Shown here one piece after another: positions 26,965-32,000 of a DNA stretch of 32,000 nt. Position numbers and translations under genes: made by a program. Source of the stretch: Sinorhizobium meliloti (lineage in GTDB: Bacteria; Pseudomonadota; Alphaproteobacteria; Rhizobiales; Rhizobiaceae); assembly GCF_017876815.1 (NCBI RefSeq), contig NZ_JAGIOS010000003.1:450001-482000 (forward strand). The letters are read 5' to 3'. Under the pieces are notes generated by a model. That model was not told where the DNA came from and did no database searches. It saw only the letters and a list, made by a program, of their open reading frames with translations. Position 1 is the first letter of the stretch; each line of letters starts with the position of its first letter.

Positions 26965-27639
26965 ATGACGGGAATACGTCTCGACAACACCGTCGCAGCA
27001 ATCGCGGCAGAGCTGCCCGGAGCGGCGGAACTCTTCCGGGGCCATGACATCAGCTTCTGTTGCGGCGGCAACGTCCAGCTCTCGGAAGCCGCCGTCAAGG
27101 CAGGCGTCGCGCCGTCGGCGCTGCTTGCAGAGTTGCAAGCCCTCGTAGTGGCCGCGAGACGAGATGCACCTGCGGAAACATCGGACCTCATCGGACACAT
27201 CCTGGACAGATATCACCAGACGCACCGCGCCGAGCTCGCCTGGCTCATCCCGCTCGCCCAGAAGGTGGAGCGGGTACACGGAGACCACCCCTCGGCACCG
27301 ATCGGGCTCTCCCAGGTACTTGAGCGCCTGCGAGACGACCTCGAGAGCCACATGATGAAGGAAGAGCAGGTCCTGTTCCCGATGATGCGGCGCGGCGGCA
27401 GTGCGGTGATCGCCCATCCGATCACGCAGATGCGAGACGAGCACGAGGAGGAGGCGGAGCATCTCCGGACGGTCGAACATGTGACCCATGGGCTTTCGCT
27501 GCCGCCAGGCGCCTGCGGCTCGTGGACCGCACTCTATACGGGACTGCGCAAGTTCACCGACGACCTGGTGACCCACATCCATCTCGAGAACGCAGTGCTG
27601 TTTCCGCGGTTCGAAACCCAGGCCCAGGCGGCCGTTTGA
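26965..27639 (+). CDS. ytfE: Di-iron (hemerythrin-like) iron-sulfur cluster repair protein, ScdA/YtfE/DnrN/NorA family
   Basis: ATG 26965 is preceded by AAGGAA; 224 aa. It has an N-terminal ScdA_N motif (FRGHDISFCCGG) and hemerythrin-like His/Glu motifs (ILDRYHQTHRAEL, HMMKEEQVLFP, MRDEHEEEAEHL, HIHLENAVLFP). Confidence 0.9.
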   Translation: MTGIRLDNTVAAIAAELPGAAELFRGHDISFCCGGNVQLSEAAVKAGVAPSALLAELQALVVAARRDAPAETSDLIGHILDRYHQTHRAELAWLIPLAQKVERVHGDHPSAPIGLSQVLERLRDDLESHMMKEEQVLFPMMRRGGSAVIAHPITQMRDEHEEEAEHLRTVEHVTHGLSLPPGACGSWTALYTGLRKFTDDLVTHIHLENAVLFPRFETQAQAAV

Positions 27640-27654
27640 CGCACGACTTAGCAG

Positions 27655-28863
27655 ATGAGCTCAATCTGGCGGGCGCCATACCGGCCACTTTTCTTTCTCG
27701 CGGGACTATGGGCGCTTATCGTGCCTATTGTCTGGCTCCTCCCGGAACAACTCGTGCCGGACAGGGTCGAGTGGCACAGCCGCGAGCTTCTGTTCGGCAT
27801 GGGCGGAGCTGCGGCAGGGGGCTATCTCCTGACGGCCCTGCCGGCCTGGACGAGGGGGGCCGTCCCGCCGGCCGCCACTGTGATCGCTACCTGCCTCTGG
27901 TGCGCGGCCCGTCTGACCGGCGCGTTCTCGGATCATCTGCCCCTTATCGCTGCCGCGATCGGGGTCTCGGGCTATTTCGCGTTCCTGACCGCGATGCTGA
28001 TGCGTGGCGTCGTGGTCTCCCGGGCTTGGGCTCGGTGCTGGGCGCCGCTTGGGACAGGCGGGCTTGGCGTAAATGCCTTCGTTAGCATCGCCGATGGCCC
28101 GAGTCCCACGCCTCTGCTTTTTGCCGCGCTGATCGTCGTGGTAGGCGGACGCGCCGTGCCCGCGTTCACCGGCTCCTGGCTATACCGGACAGCGGGAGGG
28201 AAGTCCCTCCGCAATCGGCGGGAGCTTTCGCATCTGGCGGTCGCGGGCATTCTCATCGCGACCTGTCTTCATGGCGACTGGTCGCCGACGCTGCCAGGTC
28301 TCCTGCTGTTGTTTTCTGGCGCTATGCTGCTGTGGCAGATGAGCGAATGGCGGAGCCTCGGGACCCGCGGCTACCCGGCCTTGTTCATCCTGCATGTCGC
28401 CTTCGCCTGGACGCCGACGGCGCTCCTTCTGGGCGGTCTTTCAGCTACTATATCCGGCCATGTTCCAGCAGATGACGCCCTGCACGCGCTGACGATGGGC
28501 GCGATGGGTACAATGATTGCCGCCTTCATGATGCGCCCGGCCATGGTCCGCGACGGCGAGTCCCTGATCCTCGGCGGGACCATGGCTGGCGCGTTCTCGC
28601 TCGTGTCGCTCTCGGCGCTGCTGCGGACTTCCGGTGGCTGGCTGGATGCAGACCATTTCGAACCCGAAGCCGCTGCCGCAATCTGCTGGATGGCGGGGTG
28701 GACGCTCTTTCTGATAGCATATCTTCCGGCCATGAGCGGCCCTGTTCCCAGACCCGCGTTCAGCGCCGCACTCGGCAATCAGGTCAAGCGCGGCAACGGC
28801 ACCACCGCCGTGGAAGGCGGGGTGCCGTTGTCCGTAGAGCACCGAGGATACCCGACCGAATAG
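27655..28863 (+). CDS. nnrS: NnrS-family haem/copper membrane protein (NO-stress associated)
   Basis: 402 aa and polytopic. The N-terminus MSSIWRAPYRPLFFLAGLWALIVPIVWLL..WHSRELLFG is typical of NnrS. It starts 16 nt after the ytfE-like stop. Confidence 0.9.
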   Translation: MSSIWRAPYRPLFFLAGLWALIVPIVWLLPEQLVPDRVEWHSRELLFGMGGAAAGGYLLTALPAWTRGAVPPAATVIATCLWCAARLTGAFSDHLPLIAAAIGVSGYFAFLTAMLMRGVVVSRAWARCWAPLGTGGLGVNAFVSIADGPSPTPLLFAALIVVVGGRAVPAFTGSWLYRTAGGKSLRNRRELSHLAVAGILIATCLHGDWSPTLPGLLLLFSGAMLLWQMSEWRSLGTRGYPALFILHVAFAWTPTALLLGGLSATISGHVPADDALHALTMGAMGTMIAAFMMRPAMVRDGESLILGGTMAGAFSLVSLSALLRTSGGWLDADHFEPEAAAAICWMAGWTLFLIAYLPAMSGPVPRPAFSAALGNQVKRGNGTTAVEGGVPLSVEHRGYPTE

Positions 28864-28885
28864 ACGTATCTCGCAAGGAAAAGTC

Positions 28886-29179
28886 ATGCACGTGGAACGA
28901 GATCAAAATGGTGACTTCACATTCGACTCCGTGGCGCTCGCCGATCGTTTCCAGCTCTCAAGCGAGGACCTTCGTCGGAACATCCGCAGGGGACTGGTGA
29001 CCAGCATGGTCGAGCGCGGCGAGGGCGAAGACGCTGGCACGTGCCGCTTGCGCGTGAAGATCGGGAACCGCGTATGGACCGCAATCCTGAACAGCGAGGA
29101 TCGCGTAATCACCGAAGAAATGACCATTTATCGCGCGAGCTCGCGAAGTGAGATCACACTGGCGTCGGACGCATCTTGA
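28886..29179 (+). CDS. Small conserved hypothetical protein (DUF6522-like, as I remember the family), function unknown
   Basis: 97 aa; AAGGAAAAG precedes ATG 28886. The product is hydrophilic (..FTFDSVALADRFQLSSEDLRRNIRRGLVTSMVERGEGEDAGTCRLRV..). It starts 23 nt after nnrS, so it is probably co-transcribed. Confidence 0.65.
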   Translation: MHVERDQNGDFTFDSVALADRFQLSSEDLRRNIRRGLVTSMVERGEGEDAGTCRLRVKIGNRVWTAILNSEDRVITEEMTIYRASSRSEITLASDAS

Positions 29180-29257
29180 GCCAGACCCCGCTGCAGCCAA
29201 GCCCCGAAGGCTTGCCCCTCGGCCTTCGCTCGAAACAGCTTCGGCCGGGGGGCAGCC

Positions 29258-31100
<1,843 letters not shown>

Positions 31101-31135
31101 GCCCGACGCGCCGTGCTCCATCCGCAGGTTCTCCT

Positions 31136-31975
31136 TCAGGCGGGCACCATTCCGTCGAGTTCGGCCATTGCTTCGTCCGGGAAGTCGACTTCGGCGGCGG
31201 CGAGATTCTCCCTCAGATGCACGCGCGAGGAGGTGCCGGGGATCAGCAGGATGTTCGGCGAGCGCTTGAGCAGCCAGGCGAGCGCCACCTGCATCGGCGT
31301 TGCCCCTAGCCGCGCCGCCACATCCGACAGCGTCGAGGATTGCAGCGGCGAAAAGCCGCCGAGCGGGAAGAAGGGCACATATGCGGTGCCTTCGGCGGCA
31401 AGCCGGTCGATCATGGCGTCGTCAGCGCGGTTGGCGAGGTTGTACATGTTCTGCACACAGACGATCTCCGTGATCCTGCGGCCTTCCTCGACTTGCCTCA
31501 AGGTCACGTTCGAAAGGCCGATATGCCGGATCAGCCCCTGCCTTTTGAGATCGGTCAGCACCGTCAGCGGCTCCTCAATCGAACCCTCGGCCGGGCCGTG
31601 CACGCTGAACATGGCGCGCAGGTTCACCACCTCGATCGCGTCGAGCCCGAGATTGCGCAAGTTGTCATGCACGGCCTGCGTCAGATCTTCCTTCGAGAAC
31701 GCAGGATTCCACGAGGCATCCGCGCCGCGCCTGGCGCCCACCTTGGTGACAATGACGACGTCGTCCCGGTAGGGGTGGAGCGCCTCCCGTATGATCTCGT
31801 TCGTCACGTGCGGGCCATAGAAGTCGCTGGTGTCGATGTGGTTGACGCCGCTTTCAACCGCTTCGCGAAGGACGGCGACCGCTTCCGCGCGATCGCGCGG
31901 AGGGCCGAAGACACCTTTGCCGGCAAGCTGCATCGCACCATAGCCGAACCGGTTCACCGGCCGCTCGCCGAGCAT
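31136..31975 (-). CDS. Aldo/keto reductase family oxidoreductase
   Basis: 279 aa with AKR motifs (GYGAMQLAG, NHIDTSDFYG, IVTKVG, IRHIGLSN, LIPGTSS). ATG 31975 is preceded by CAGGAA. The frame stays open to the window edge, so a start outside the window cannot be excluded. Confidence 0.85.
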   Translation of the reverse strand: MLGERPVNRFGYGAMQLAGKGVFGPPRDRAEAVAVLREAVESGVNHIDTSDFYGPHVTNEIIREALHPYRDDVVIVTKVGARRGADASWNPAFSKEDLTQAVHDNLRNLGLDAIEVVNLRAMFSVHGPAEGSIEEPLTVLTDLKRQGLIRHIGLSNVTLRQVEEGRRITEIVCVQNMYNLANRADDAMIDRLAAEGTAYVPFFPLGGFSPLQSSTLSDVAARLGATPMQVALAWLLKRSPNILLIPGTSSRVHLRENLAAAEVDFPDEAMAELDGMVPA

Positions 31976-32000
31976 GAAAGTTCCTGATTCTGCAACACTG

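Overview
GC-rich alpha-proteobacterial DNA. Gene content and protein sequences match the microaerobic-respiration / denitrification sector of a Sinorhizobium (Ensifer) meliloti-type symbiotic megaplasmid (pSymA-like). In order: the 3' end of a virB type IV secretion operon (virB10 partial, virB11); a minus-strand tetR-MFS pair preceded by a 36-bp perfect palindrome; napEFDABC; a tandem-USP gene; fixL-fixJ, fixT, fixK, fixM-like; fixNOQP; fixGHIS; a Crp/Fnr-family regulator; a copper module (apparently frameshifted DUF2946-like gene, ycnI-like gene, CopC-CopD fusion); an NO-stress module (ytfE/dnrN-like, nnrS, a small conserved ORF, convergent hmp); a truncated ApbE/NosX-family remnant; and an aldo/keto reductase. 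The intergenic regions carry seven good and two degenerate FixK/FNR-type boxes (TTGA-N6-TCAA) and one NnrR-type box (TTGCG-N4-CGCAA). Many gene junctions are ATGA-type overlaps. I saw no rRNA, tRNA, CRISPR array, IS element or integrase. I did not find a convincing, entirely new multi-gene system, because almost every ORF belongs to a well-studied family. The least-described parts are (i) the FixK-box-linked copper module with two reading-frame anomalies, (ii) the Crp-like regulator whose FixK box sits at leaderless distance from its ATG, (iii) the NnrR-box operon ending in a small protein of unknown function, (iv) the nosX-like deletion scar next to hmp, and (v) the unusual nap upstream region and tetR palindrome. 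All family calls come from reading the translations by eye; no database search was possible.
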